Below, in pieces: positions 27,224-36,130 of a stretch of 64,000 bases of DNA (its first letter is position 1; the number at the start of each line of letters is the position of its first letter). The stretch is from NCBI GenBank assembly GCA_035530295.1, contig DATKVB010000014.1:279881-343880 (forward strand). Direction: 5' to 3'. The DNA is from a bacterium (GTDB lineage Bacteria; Spirochaetota; Spirochaetia; Treponematales; UBA12059). A model generated the notes under the pieces. It was not told the DNA's origin and did no database searches. It worked only from the letters and a program-made list of their open reading frames with translations. The translations under genes and the position numbers were made by a program.

Positions 27224-28339
27224 CTAATCGATGCTCTTGTAGGCACCATGTTCTATGACATACCTGAATAGATCACGTTCGGCGTTGCCTTCAGCATCGA
27301 AACGGATGGCACCCTGTAACCCATCGAATACCCGTATCGAGAGGATCTTGTCCCGTATCAACCGGGGCAATGGCCTGATTCCCGTTGCCAGCGTGGTGCG
27401 CAGCATCATGGCGGCCTCGTACCCGAACATCGCGGTAAAACTGGGAGATTCCCCATATTCAGCCATATAGTCCTGCACGAACCGTTTTCCGACGGAAGAG
27501 CGAGACTCTAGATCCGCGATCGACACCGCGACTGCTCCTTCAACCGCCTTTCCTCCATTGTGCAGCAGGTCGAGGGTCAGAGGCCAGGGCGGGAGGAATA
27601 TCCGCGTCGACGCCCCCGCTCTGTCGAGCTCCTTAGCTATCAGCACGACCTCCATACTCGCCGCTACGATTAGAAGGCCATCACTGCGGTTGTCGCGGAG
27701 TGCCTGTACAATGCCATCGGCGGGCTTGTCGGTCCTGGAGTTGAAGAGCCTTGTGAAGGAAACGGTCCCTCCGGAGGAGGTGTAGGTGGCCGAGAAGGAA
27801 TCCACGACGGATTTAACATAATCCGAATTGATCAGGTCCCCGGCGATGGCTACCCGTTTCTTGCCGAAGCGCCGCAGTGCCATATCGGCCAGGGCCTTTC
27901 CGTAGTGATCCGAACCCATGTTGATGCGGACAAAGAGCGTATTGTCGCCCGCGGGATTTGGGGTGGAGATGGTAGGAGAGATTATAAGCATGGCGTGCCG
28001 ATGGGCCTAGGGTAGAGCCTTGGTCGCGGCCTGACTCGTGGTACCCAGGATGGCTACAGAGCATCCCGCGGCCTTCAGTTCCACGAGGGCAGACAGGCAC
28101 GCATCGGGATCGCTATGGTCGTCCTTCACGATCAGCGTGTACGGTGGGATGCTGCCAGTAGCTGCTCCCGGTCCCACACTAAACGCCATCAGGAAACCGT
28201 TGCGCACGCCTAGCCCTATGGGCGCCGATGAGCCCGTAAGCGGCCCGACAAAGCCTATGGCTATCGGTTTGGGCGCGCATGATGCCACGCCGACAAGCGC
28301 CAGAACGAGCGCCGCCATTGGCATCATCCTGATTCTCAT
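27224..28339 (-). pseudogene. Type-1 periplasmic binding protein (LivK/Amide-binding-like) interrupted by a single in-frame TAG
   Basis: ORFs 28339-28007 and 27991-27224 are in the same frame, separated by TAG (28009-28007) plus 5 sense codons. Joined length is ~371 aa, a normal PBP size. Signal peptide at the N-terminus. The stop abuts the kinase ATG (TAGATG). Confidence 0.75.
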
Positions 28340-28583
28340 GGAGCCCCCTGTCCTATGCAGTAATTCTCAGGCATTCGCGGTGAAGCGTCAAGAATGATGA
28401 CATACACCACCTGCTCGTCAACCCATGGGCAAAAATTTCCCGTGGCAGGGCATTTTGTTCTCGATTGTCCTGGCTTTGATGCGCTTACCAGGCTCGAAAC
28501 GGCCTCCGCAACCTCATTCTGCAATTGGCACGCTTATTGCATATATAATAGTGCATATATCTGAATTCTTATGGAGGCAGCAC

Positions 28584-28865
28584 ATGTATCGTGGTTTCAA
28601 TGGCGGCTGGGCGCATCCCGGCTACGGTTTTGGCTTTCCGTGGGGGGGCATCGTGATGGCGGCGATAGTCATCGGACTGGTTATCTTTGCAGTGGTGGCC
28701 CTGAGGCGCAGGGGCACGAACGCTGCTGTCGAACAGGCCAGCGCCAGCCAGCAGGGCATGCTTATACTCACCGAGCGCTTTGCCCGCGGCGAAATTGACA
28801 CGGAGACCTTCCGGTCGATGAAGGCCGAGCTTGAATCACAGCCCGGCGCTGGTTCGGAGCAATGA
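28584..28865 (+). CDS. Small membrane protein with C-terminal SHOCT-like domain
   Basis: ATG 28584 lies 6 nt after GGAGG. One TM segment. LTERFARGEIDTETFRSMKAEL resembles the SHOCT motif. Confidence 0.7.
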   Translation: MYRGFNGGWAHPGYGFGFPWGGIVMAAIVIGLVIFAVVALRRRGTNAAVEQASASQQGMLILTERFARGEIDTETFRSMKAELESQPGAGSEQ

Positions 28866-29608
28866 TGAAAACCAGGACGATCGCCTTTGCACTGGTGGCC
28901 CTTGTGGCTACCAGCGCGTTTGCCGCGCCGGCTGACCTCATTTCGGCCATGTCAGCGCTGGACAAGAAGTATATAGCGGCATTGGGGCTGACCGGACAGC
29001 CTGACCAGCAGGCAAAGGCCAAGGTGGCTTTTGCCGCATTCGAGGTTGCCTGGAATGATTTCAGGGGCCGCTATGTCGCCCAGCCGGGCCTCGATGCCGA
29101 ATGGGTCGATGACCTTCGTATGGTCGGCGCGGCTGTCGCCAAGGCTCATGCAGCCATTCTCGACAATTCCGATGGCCCTGCCGCCCACGAGGCGCTGGAA
29201 GCCGTCAGGATGGTGCTCCTGGCTTCCCGCTCACGTCAGCACATACCGTATTTCGGCGACTACCTGACGCTGTTCCACAATTCGATGGAGGACCTGATCA
29301 ATGGCAAGCCAGCCAAGAAACTGGTCGACATGACGGCGGCCGAGAACATGAGCGTCGCGGCGGATCTGGATCTGCTGATTGCCCGATGGAACAAGGTCAA
29401 GGCCATGGAAGGTCTGTTGCCGGCGATGTCATTGTCCGGTTCGGCTACGACCGCCTATGCGTCCCAGTGGCAGGTCATCGATACCATCATGCGCAACACC
29501 AAGGCCGCCCTGGCAAGCGGTGATGAGAAGAGCTTCTCGGATTCTTTCGGGCAGATCAAACCGAATTTCATCAAGACATTCTTCTTGTTCGGGGATTTTC
29601 CGCGATAG
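28862..29608 (+). CDS. Secreted helical hypothetical protein
   Basis: ATGA overlap with the SHOCT gene. Signal peptide MMKTRTIAFALVALVATSAFAAP. No recognisable family. Confidence 0.6.
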   Translation: MMKTRTIAFALVALVATSAFAAPADLISAMSALDKKYIAALGLTGQPDQQAKAKVAFAAFEVAWNDFRGRYVAQPGLDAEWVDDLRMVGAAVAKAHAAILDNSDGPAAHEALEAVRMVLLASRSRQHIPYFGDYLTLFHNSMEDLINGKPAKKLVDMTAAENMSVAADLDLLIARWNKVKAMEGLLPAMSLSGSATTAYASQWQVIDTIMRNTKAALASGDEKSFSDSFGQIKPNFIKTFFLFGDFPR

Positions 29609-29671
29609 AGCGACTGGCGGATTCTGCTCCATACACTATACTGATACCACACGGAAAACGAGGAGGCCCGC

Positions 29672-31108
29672 ATGGCTGCGCGAATGTCGAAGATCCAGAT
29701 ACTCAGGCGTGTGACCCTTGGCATTGTTCTGGGCGGCTTGATTATTCTGACCATCCTGCATCAGAGAGTACAGGGCATTCCATCGATCGACGCTCTTGAC
29801 CCATTCGGCGGTCTGGAGACCTTGATGAAATATGTCGCCGGCGGCGAGCTCATCAAGAAGATAGAGCCAGGCACCGTGGTGCTCTTTGGCGGCATTGTCG
29901 CGCTCGGTATCGTGCTTTCGCGGTTCTTCTGCGGCTGGATGTGCGCCTTTGGCGCCTTGCAGGGCATATTTGGCTGGCTTGGCAAGAAGATATTCGGCAG
30001 GCACTTTGCCGTGCCCAAAAAGCTTGACTCGGTGCTGCGCTGGCTCAAGTACGTAGTGCTCGCGGGCATCATCTATGGCACCTGGATGACGAGCGAGCTG
30101 ATCATACGGCCATACGACCCACTAGCCGCCTTTGGGCACCTTTCGGCCGGCCTGGCAGCCGTGTGGGCGGAATTCGCGGTTGGCTTCGTCATTCTGGTGC
30201 TTATTCTTCTGCTGTCGATGCTGTACGAGCGTGCCTTCTGCAAGTATCTGTGCCCGCTGGGCGCCGTGAACGCGATACTCGGCCGCATACCGCTCTTCAG
30301 GATCAAGCGTGTCGAGTCTACCTGTATTTCGTGCTCGAAGTGCGATCGCGTCTGCCCGATGAACATCGACGTGTCCCGTGCCGGTGCGGTCAACTCACCT
30401 GAATGCATAGCCTGCATGGAATGCGTCACGACATGTCCGACAAAGAAGAACTCGCTGGTCACCACGCTCGGTGGCAAGGCGGTCAAAGTCGGTATCATCG
30501 TCGCCATTGGGTTCGGCATATACCTGGGAGCCGCCGCGATAGGGCAGGCCGCCGGAATGCTGCACTTCACCGCCCCGACTCTGAACCAGCTCTCATCCGA
30601 AGGCTCGCTTGATGTAGCCGATATCAAGGGATCGTCTACCTGGGGTGCGGTCGCTGAATCATTCGGCATGGACCTGGAACGGCTGTATCGGGAAGTTGGC
30701 GTTGACGGCGCGAAGGTGCCGGCAGACACGATGCTCAAGGATACCGGCAGGCTCATCGGTGTAGAATCATTCGAGGCCGATGCAGTACGTGTGGCCGTGG
30801 CCAAAATCATAGGTGTGCCGTATGCCGGTGAGAAGGGCGACCTGACGCCCGCGACCCCTGCAGCGTCCAGCCCGGCAGCATTTGCGCCTGCAGCACCTGC
30901 TTCCGAGGCATTCATGGTGCCGGCGGACTTTGCTCTTGAGGGAACGATGAGCATCGCCGACCTGAGCGCGGCTCTCAAGACAAGCAATCAGGCCATAATA
31001 GCCAAGCTTGGCTTGCCCGCCGACATTCCTGTCGACAAGCCTCTGCGTGATATGAAAGACCAGTATGGCTATACGATGACCGACCTGAAGGATCGCATCA
31101 AGAAGTAG
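29672..31108 (+). CDS. Membrane-bound 4Fe-4S polyferredoxin (NapH/MauN-like) with ~190-aa C-terminal extension
   Basis: TM helices, a CGWMCAFGALQ motif, two CxxCxxCxxxCP clusters (CISCSKCDRVCP, CIACMECVTTCP), one more TM, then two similar ~60-aa segments. Confidence 0.85.
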   Translation: MAARMSKIQILRRVTLGIVLGGLIILTILHQRVQGIPSIDALDPFGGLETLMKYVAGGELIKKIEPGTVVLFGGIVALGIVLSRFFCGWMCAFGALQGIFGWLGKKIFGRHFAVPKKLDSVLRWLKYVVLAGIIYGTWMTSELIIRPYDPLAAFGHLSAGLAAVWAEFAVGFVILVLILLLSMLYERAFCKYLCPLGAVNAILGRIPLFRIKRVESTCISCSKCDRVCPMNIDVSRAGAVNSPECIACMECVTTCPTKKNSLVTTLGGKAVKVGIIVAIGFGIYLGAAAIGQAAGMLHFTAPTLNQLSSEGSLDVADIKGSSTWGAVAESFGMDLERLYREVGVDGAKVPADTMLKDTGRLIGVESFEADAVRVAVAKIIGVPYAGEKGDLTPATPAASSPAAFAPAAPASEAFMVPADFALEGTMSIADLSAALKTSNQAIIAKLGLPADIPVDKPLRDMKDQYGYTMTDLKDRIKK

Positions 31109-31124
31109 CAGGCGTTTATGAGAA

Positions 31125-31158
31125 GAAACCCGCGCGGGCAGCCGCGCGGGTTTCTTTT
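31125..31158. terminator. Bidirectional rho-independent terminator
   Basis: Perfect 13-bp stem GAAACCCGCGCGG/CCGCGCGGGTTTC with a GCAG loop, followed by TTTT. It lies between convergent genes ending at 31108 and 31162. Confidence 0.9.
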
Positions 31159-31161
31159 ATA

Positions 31162-32454
31162 TCAGGAGCGGGGGAGGAACGTCAGCGCGAAGCCGCCCTT
31201 GCCTGCGCGGCCGGTTCGGCCGATGCGATGCACATAGTCATCCCAGGTATTGGGCGTCGAATAGTTTATGACATGGGTAATGTCGGTTACATCAAGACCA
31301 CGGGCGGCGACATCGGTGGCCACCAGAATGTCAATCTCGTCGCTCTTGAGCCGCTTGATCGCCCTGGACCGTTGGGCCTGCGTCTTGTCGCCATGAATCT
31401 CGTCCACCTTGAAGCCGCGTGACTTGAGCTCGTGGCCGAGCCGCTCGACGGCGCGCTTGGTGTCATCGAATATGATTGTCTTTGAACATTCCGTGCCTAT
31501 CAGCACGTCGTGCAGTTTGTCAATCTTGTCGTTGCTTCCCGCGTAGTAGACGACATTCTGACTGACGCTGTCGACCGTGGCGCCTTCTTTTGTGGAGACT
31601 GTTACCGGGTTCCTGGCGAAGCGCTCTATCAGCTTGGCAACCTTGGGTTCCATGGTCGCGCTGAAGAACAGCGACTGGCGCTGCGGCGATACCCTGGACA
31701 GGATGTCGCTGATGTCGTTGATGAAGCCCATGTCCAGCATGCGGTCGACTTCGTCGAGCACCACGAAATTGAACATGGACAGAGGCAGCGTGCCTTGCTG
31801 GATGTGATCCTTGATGCGGCCCGGCGTTCCGACGACGACACGCGGATTGTAGCGCAGGTCGCGACGTTGCAGGTGCATCGATGCGCCGCCGATGAGCAGG
31901 GCACTGCGCAGTCCGCAGCTCTTGCCAAAGCTGAAGCACTCCTCCATTATCTGCTCGGCCAGCTCGCGGGTTGGCGCCATGATGATGGCCCGGTGGTCCA
32001 TGTGCGTTATCAAGTCGTGGATCATAGGAATCGCGAAGGCGCCGGTCTTGCCGGTGCCGGTGTTGGCTATGCCGACGACGTCCTTCCCTTGCATGACAAG
32101 CGGTATTGTCTGGTCCTGAATTGCCGAAGGGGCGGTAAAGCCCTTGATCTTGATGTTGTCCAGAATCTTCTGGTGGACCGCGAAGTCCTCGAAGGTGTTT
32201 ACAGCGTTGTAGGCGACTTTTTCCGTTATGCGCGCTTCCTGGATGAAGCGTGATGGATGGATGAACTGCTTGGCCCGAACTCCCTTTGATGAGTGCGATG
32301 ATGGGCCGCGTGAGCCATGGGTCATAGAATGCTCGCGACGCGGACCATCGCGACGGTCAGCGTCGCGGTTGCCCGGTGCCCGGGAGCCCGCGGCGCGACC
32401 TGGCGCTGGCCGGGGATTGCGTGAGTCTGAGTGAGAGTAGCTGGATGCGTACAT
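31162..32454 (-). CDS. DEAD-box ATP-dependent RNA helicase with R/S/G/P-rich N-terminal extension
   Basis: Motifs ANTGTGKT, DEVD, SAT, ARGLDV and HRIGRTGRAG. The first ~60 aa are low complexity. Confidence 0.95.
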   Translation of the reverse strand: MYASSYSHSDSRNPRPAPGRAAGSRAPGNRDADRRDGPRREHSMTHGSRGPSSHSSKGVRAKQFIHPSRFIQEARITEKVAYNAVNTFEDFAVHQKILDNIKIKGFTAPSAIQDQTIPLVMQGKDVVGIANTGTGKTGAFAIPMIHDLITHMDHRAIIMAPTRELAEQIMEECFSFGKSCGLRSALLIGGASMHLQRRDLRYNPRVVVGTPGRIKDHIQQGTLPLSMFNFVVLDEVDRMLDMGFINDISDILSRVSPQRQSLFFSATMEPKVAKLIERFARNPVTVSTKEGATVDSVSQNVVYYAGSNDKIDKLHDVLIGTECSKTIIFDDTKRAVERLGHELKSRGFKVDEIHGDKTQAQRSRAIKRLKSDEIDILVATDVAARGLDVTDITHVINYSTPNTWDDYVHRIGRTGRAGKGGFALTFLPRS

Positions 32455-32793
32455 TGACCATTCCCTGTCTGAGAAGAATATGCTCTAGGATGATCGGAAC
32501 TCGATGGGTGCGGGCATCGACGTGGTGTCGAGACGCGACGGACTGAGCGCCGGGTACAGTCCCATGATGGGCGAAATTCGCACCATCCGGAACGGCTCCC
32601 TCTCAATGCCGTAAAAAACCCGATAAGACGAGGGAATACTAATGCCCGTACAGCTTAGCATGAAACGACAAACAATGTCACTAGGCGCAAGAATGCACAT
32701 AGGGTTGCGCTTTTCAGCCCGATTGACCGATGTGCGCGCAAGGTTTAGCCTTGCCCTGCAACCTGGAGGCACGCATGCATCAGCGCTATAACC

Positions 32794-33627
32794 ATGTCTC
32801 GTGATGGAGCCGTGGAGACTTGGTCCAGGGTCATTCGAGCCGAAGAAGAGGTTCCCGTCGCCTGCAGGCTGGTGCTCCACAATCTTTTCAAGTATTTTCC
32901 GTATTGCGTCCGCTCTCCGGCCTCGAGCGGTGAATATGGTCATTCCCCCGCGTCGCTGGTCTGTCTGGGTGAGGGCAGGCTCGCCATCATCAATGCCGAC
33001 GATCCGGCTTCAAAACCTGCGGTCATGTCGCTCGAGTCGATTTCGGCGGTCGAGAGTGGCAGGAACCTGCTTCTCTCATGGCTGGCCTTGTACCACGGCA
33101 GAACACACCATGTCATCTGGTACAACTCGGTAGGATATACGCTATACGAGCCATTCATACTGGCCTTCCGCGACTCCCACGAGGCGGCCTTTGATAGGGG
33201 CAGCACACCGATGGCAGACTTGCTGGAACCGATGTTCAAGCTGGACTACAAGTATTATAACCGGTCGCAGGCCGTGCTTGGCGGTCGGGTGCCCATTGAC
33301 TATCTGTACCATCCCGCGACCGCGATCACGCGCAGGCTCCTCAGGCGGCGGATCATCAGTCCGTATCTGCTCGTTGGTACCCAGGCTATGCTCTATGTGC
33401 TGTCCGAGGAATCGATAGTGCGGCTGCGGCGAACCGCCTGTTACAGCATGGTAGTACGCTATATCCCGCGCGATGCTGGATATTCCCTGGTCAAGCGAGA
33501 GGACGAGGAGCTCCATGCCTGGCACGAGCTGTTCGCCGCGGACCAGTCGATCATGACCATTCCCGTGGCAGCCAGTGAGCGTGATGCCTTCGACTCGTTT
33601 GTGTCGGGATTGCGGCAGGAGGCATGA
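32794..33627 (+). CDS. Hypothetical protein
   Basis: 277-aa ORF with coding-like third-position GC. No SD before the ATG and no recognisable family. Start uncertain. Confidence 0.55.
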   Translation: MSRDGAVETWSRVIRAEEEVPVACRLVLHNLFKYFPYCVRSPASSGEYGHSPASLVCLGEGRLAIINADDPASKPAVMSLESISAVESGRNLLLSWLALYHGRTHHVIWYNSVGYTLYEPFILAFRDSHEAAFDRGSTPMADLLEPMFKLDYKYYNRSQAVLGGRVPIDYLYHPATAITRRLLRRRIISPYLLVGTQAMLYVLSEESIVRLRRTACYSMVVRYIPRDAGYSLVKREDEELHAWHELFAADQSIMTIPVAASERDAFDSFVSGLRQEA

Positions 33628-33648
33628 CTACTGGCTGGTGCGGGGCAG

Positions 33649-36096
33649 TCAGTCCGCTGACGACCTGATGCGGTCAAGTACTATCCAGCGGACGCGGTCG
33701 TCGTTCAGGTTAAGCGTTACCCCACAATCCGGGCATGTGAATCTACCATCGCGCAAGTCGTCCTTGCGGCAGGCTACGCAGAAGGTCTTGCCGCAGTCAG
33801 GGCACGAGCCGGCAGGGGAATCATCGGGCGGCTCTCCGCGGAGTCTGGATCTGGGAACCACCGGCGTCGGTCTTGGCACGTCCCAGGATAGACCGCACGA
33901 CGCGCAGCTGATGGTCTCGGTGGTCGCGGCGCGGATGGCCGCGATGATGGCATCGGACGCATAGTGGTCAAGCGGCTGGAGCCGCTCAGCCAACTGCCGG
34001 GCCAGGGTATGCTGGCGCCTTGACAGGTAATGGCGGGCCAACCTGTCGATGACAAGGGCATTGTCGGGCTCGAGTTCAAGCGCCGAACGATATGACAGCT
34101 CTGTTCTGGCAGCGTCGCCGTATGCGGAGCAGACGTCTCCCATAAGCATCATCGCCCGCGGGTCGTCGCCGAGCTCCAGCACCGTACGGAGAGCGTTCTC
34201 GGCCTCCGCATAATCCTCCAGCTGGATGAGTGCCGCCGCGAGGTTGGTATGATAATCAGCCACGAATGGCTCCCTGCTGTTGAGCGCGCACGCGTTCCGG
34301 TAAGCTTCGGATGCGGCTTCAATGTCGCCGACGGTCGCCAGTATGGTGCCGAGCTGGTTGGCGGCGGCAGCTGATCGCGAAGGCCACGTACCGAGGATGT
34401 CTTTGGCCTGCAGTGGCTCGCCGAGTCTCTGAAGCGCCTCCGACAGATTGACCGCAGGCACGTATTCGTCGGGCAGGGCCTGCGTGGCTTGCCTGAATGA
34501 GTCCGCAGCTCCTTGCACGTCGCCGTCCTGCAGAGCCACCTGTCCAGCCAGATTCATGGTCCAGCCATCGAGAGGCGCGGCCTCGAGGGCGGCAGCCAGT
34601 TCCGTCTGGCATGGCTGGCCTGATAGCCAGAGTGACTCGGCCAGGCGGTACCGGTATATAGGCATGCTCGGTTCAAGCTCGACCGCGCGTCTGAAGGCCT
34701 TGATCGATTCAATGCGCTTGTTCCTCCCGGTCAGCAGTACACCGTAGACATAGGCAGCGGCGGCTTCAGGAAAGCCCTTCTTCGCCAGCCTTGACAGTAT
34801 TGACCATGACTGCTGGGTGTCGCCGCGGCCATAGGCGACCAAGGCGTCTATTGAATCAAGTGTTGCCTTGTCAAAGCCAAGCTCACGCAAGCGTCTCGAG
34901 CAGTCCTCTGCGTCATCCCAGGCCTGCTGTGCATAGAAGCCTTTGGCAGCCGCGAGCCAGGCACCTGAAGCGGCTGGCAGGTCGCCGCATTTCTCCAGTG
35001 CCATCGCGGTGTTGTGCGCGTATATGGGCATGGCGCTATCGTTTGACGCCGCCCTCCCGTATGCGTCCGCTGCCTTGCGCCAGGATCCCTCGTTGTAGTA
35101 CGCGTGCCCCAGCAGGTTTGCCAGCCGCGGGCTCGCCGCGACACGTCCCGGGGCGGACTCCAGCGCTTCCTTGAGTTCGGCGTAGCGGCCGCGAAGGTAC
35201 AGGAGGTTGTATCGCTCCTCGATGGCTTCTTCCATGGTGGGTTCGAGCGACAGGCATGCGTCTATTTCGGCCGCGGCGTCGTCGAGCATAGCCAGACGTA
35301 CGAGGCATTCGGCTACCATGAAGCGGTCGCGCGCCAGGGCTTCGCCGCGTGCCGCGATCTTGCGCAACTGGACTATCGCCGGCACATAGGAACCAAGCAC
35401 CGACAGGCCCTCGGCCAGGCGCCTTCGCTGGTCGGCATCCGCGGCGACGACGCGCGAGAAGCGCAGGTAGTCGACCTCCACCTCCATCGGCCGTGATTCC
35501 ACCCGTAATGATACGAGCCTGCATGTCGCTGGCTTGGCATAGCTCTGTGCCGCGAACGCGATGCCGCCGGAATCCAGCCCATCGTCCTCCGCCTCCAGCG
35601 CGAACTTGCCATTGAGCATCGCGGTGAACCTTGAGCCGCGCGCAACGACATCGAGTACGAACTCCATTGAACCGGCCGCCCATGGGCACGCGACCCACGG
35701 CACGAGTGTCCTTGGCTCGCCGTTGAAGACGACATCGAGCCTGATCTCGGCGTCGCTAGAAACCAGTATATAGACAAAGGAATTGTCGTCGGCCTTGCGG
35801 ATTATGAGGCCTGCCGATCGCTTGGCATCGGACTGGCCGAGTTCAAAGCGCGCGGTTATCGATGCGTCGGAATAACGATATGAACCAGCGTCGGTCCATG
35901 CGAACAGGTTGTCCTTGCGCAAAGCCAGAACAAGCGCGCTGGAATCGACGGAGGAGGCGTAGCGCTCCTCGTCCACCGGCTCAAAACGGCTGGCCTCGAT
36001 AGACGAGAAGTCCGCCAGCCACCGTTCCTGCGGCGAGGAACCCGGTTCGGGCCGAGCCGAGCGGCCGCCGAATATCCTGCCAATGAACCTGAACAT
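33649..36096 (-). CDS. Large TPR-repeat protein with unassigned N-terminal domain and C-terminal 4xCxxC zinc-ribbon region
   Basis: Trimmed to ATG 36096 (MFRFIGRIFGG...) so it does not overlap pfp. Long run of TPR-like helices. The C-terminus carries CASC, CPDC, CVAC and CPDC. Confidence 0.8.
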   Translation of the reverse strand: MFRFIGRIFGGRSARPEPGSSPQERWLADFSSIEASRFEPVDEERYASSVDSSALVLALRKDNLFAWTDAGSYRYSDASITARFELGQSDAKRSAGLIIRKADDNSFVYILVSSDAEIRLDVVFNGEPRTLVPWVACPWAAGSMEFVLDVVARGSRFTAMLNGKFALEAEDDGLDSGGIAFAAQSYAKPATCRLVSLRVESRPMEVEVDYLRFSRVVAADADQRRRLAEGLSVLGSYVPAIVQLRKIAARGEALARDRFMVAECLVRLAMLDDAAAEIDACLSLEPTMEEAIEERYNLLYLRGRYAELKEALESAPGRVAASPRLANLLGHAYYNEGSWRKAADAYGRAASNDSAMPIYAHNTAMALEKCGDLPAASGAWLAAAKGFYAQQAWDDAEDCSRRLRELGFDKATLDSIDALVAYGRGDTQQSWSILSRLAKKGFPEAAAAYVYGVLLTGRNKRIESIKAFRRAVELEPSMPIYRYRLAESLWLSGQPCQTELAAALEAAPLDGWTMNLAGQVALQDGDVQGAADSFRQATQALPDEYVPAVNLSEALQRLGEPLQAKDILGTWPSRSAAAANQLGTILATVGDIEAASEAYRNACALNSREPFVADYHTNLAAALIQLEDYAEAENALRTVLELGDDPRAMMLMGDVCSAYGDAARTELSYRSALELEPDNALVIDRLARHYLSRRQHTLARQLAERLQPLDHYASDAIIAAIRAATTETISCASCGLSWDVPRPTPVVPRSRLRGEPPDDSPAGSCPDCGKTFCVACRKDDLRDGRFTCPDCGVTLNLNDDRVRWIVLDRIRSSAD

Positions 36097-36130
36097 TGCG
36101 ACGGTGCGGAATATACCCACTTCGCGGCTC

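Noticed and set aside
28007-28009. In-frame TAG in the binding-protein gene as programmed recoding (pyrrolysine or suppression)
   Set aside because: TAG is used as an ordinary stop elsewhere in the window, including the same gene's real end and the hydrogenase large subunit. No pyl genes or recoding signal are visible. A nonsense mutation or sequencing error is the simpler explanation.
32485-32943. 152-aa minus-strand ORF spanning the helicase upstream region
   Set aside because: The sequence is not protein-like, it overlaps the start of the + strand gene at 32794, and it has no SD.
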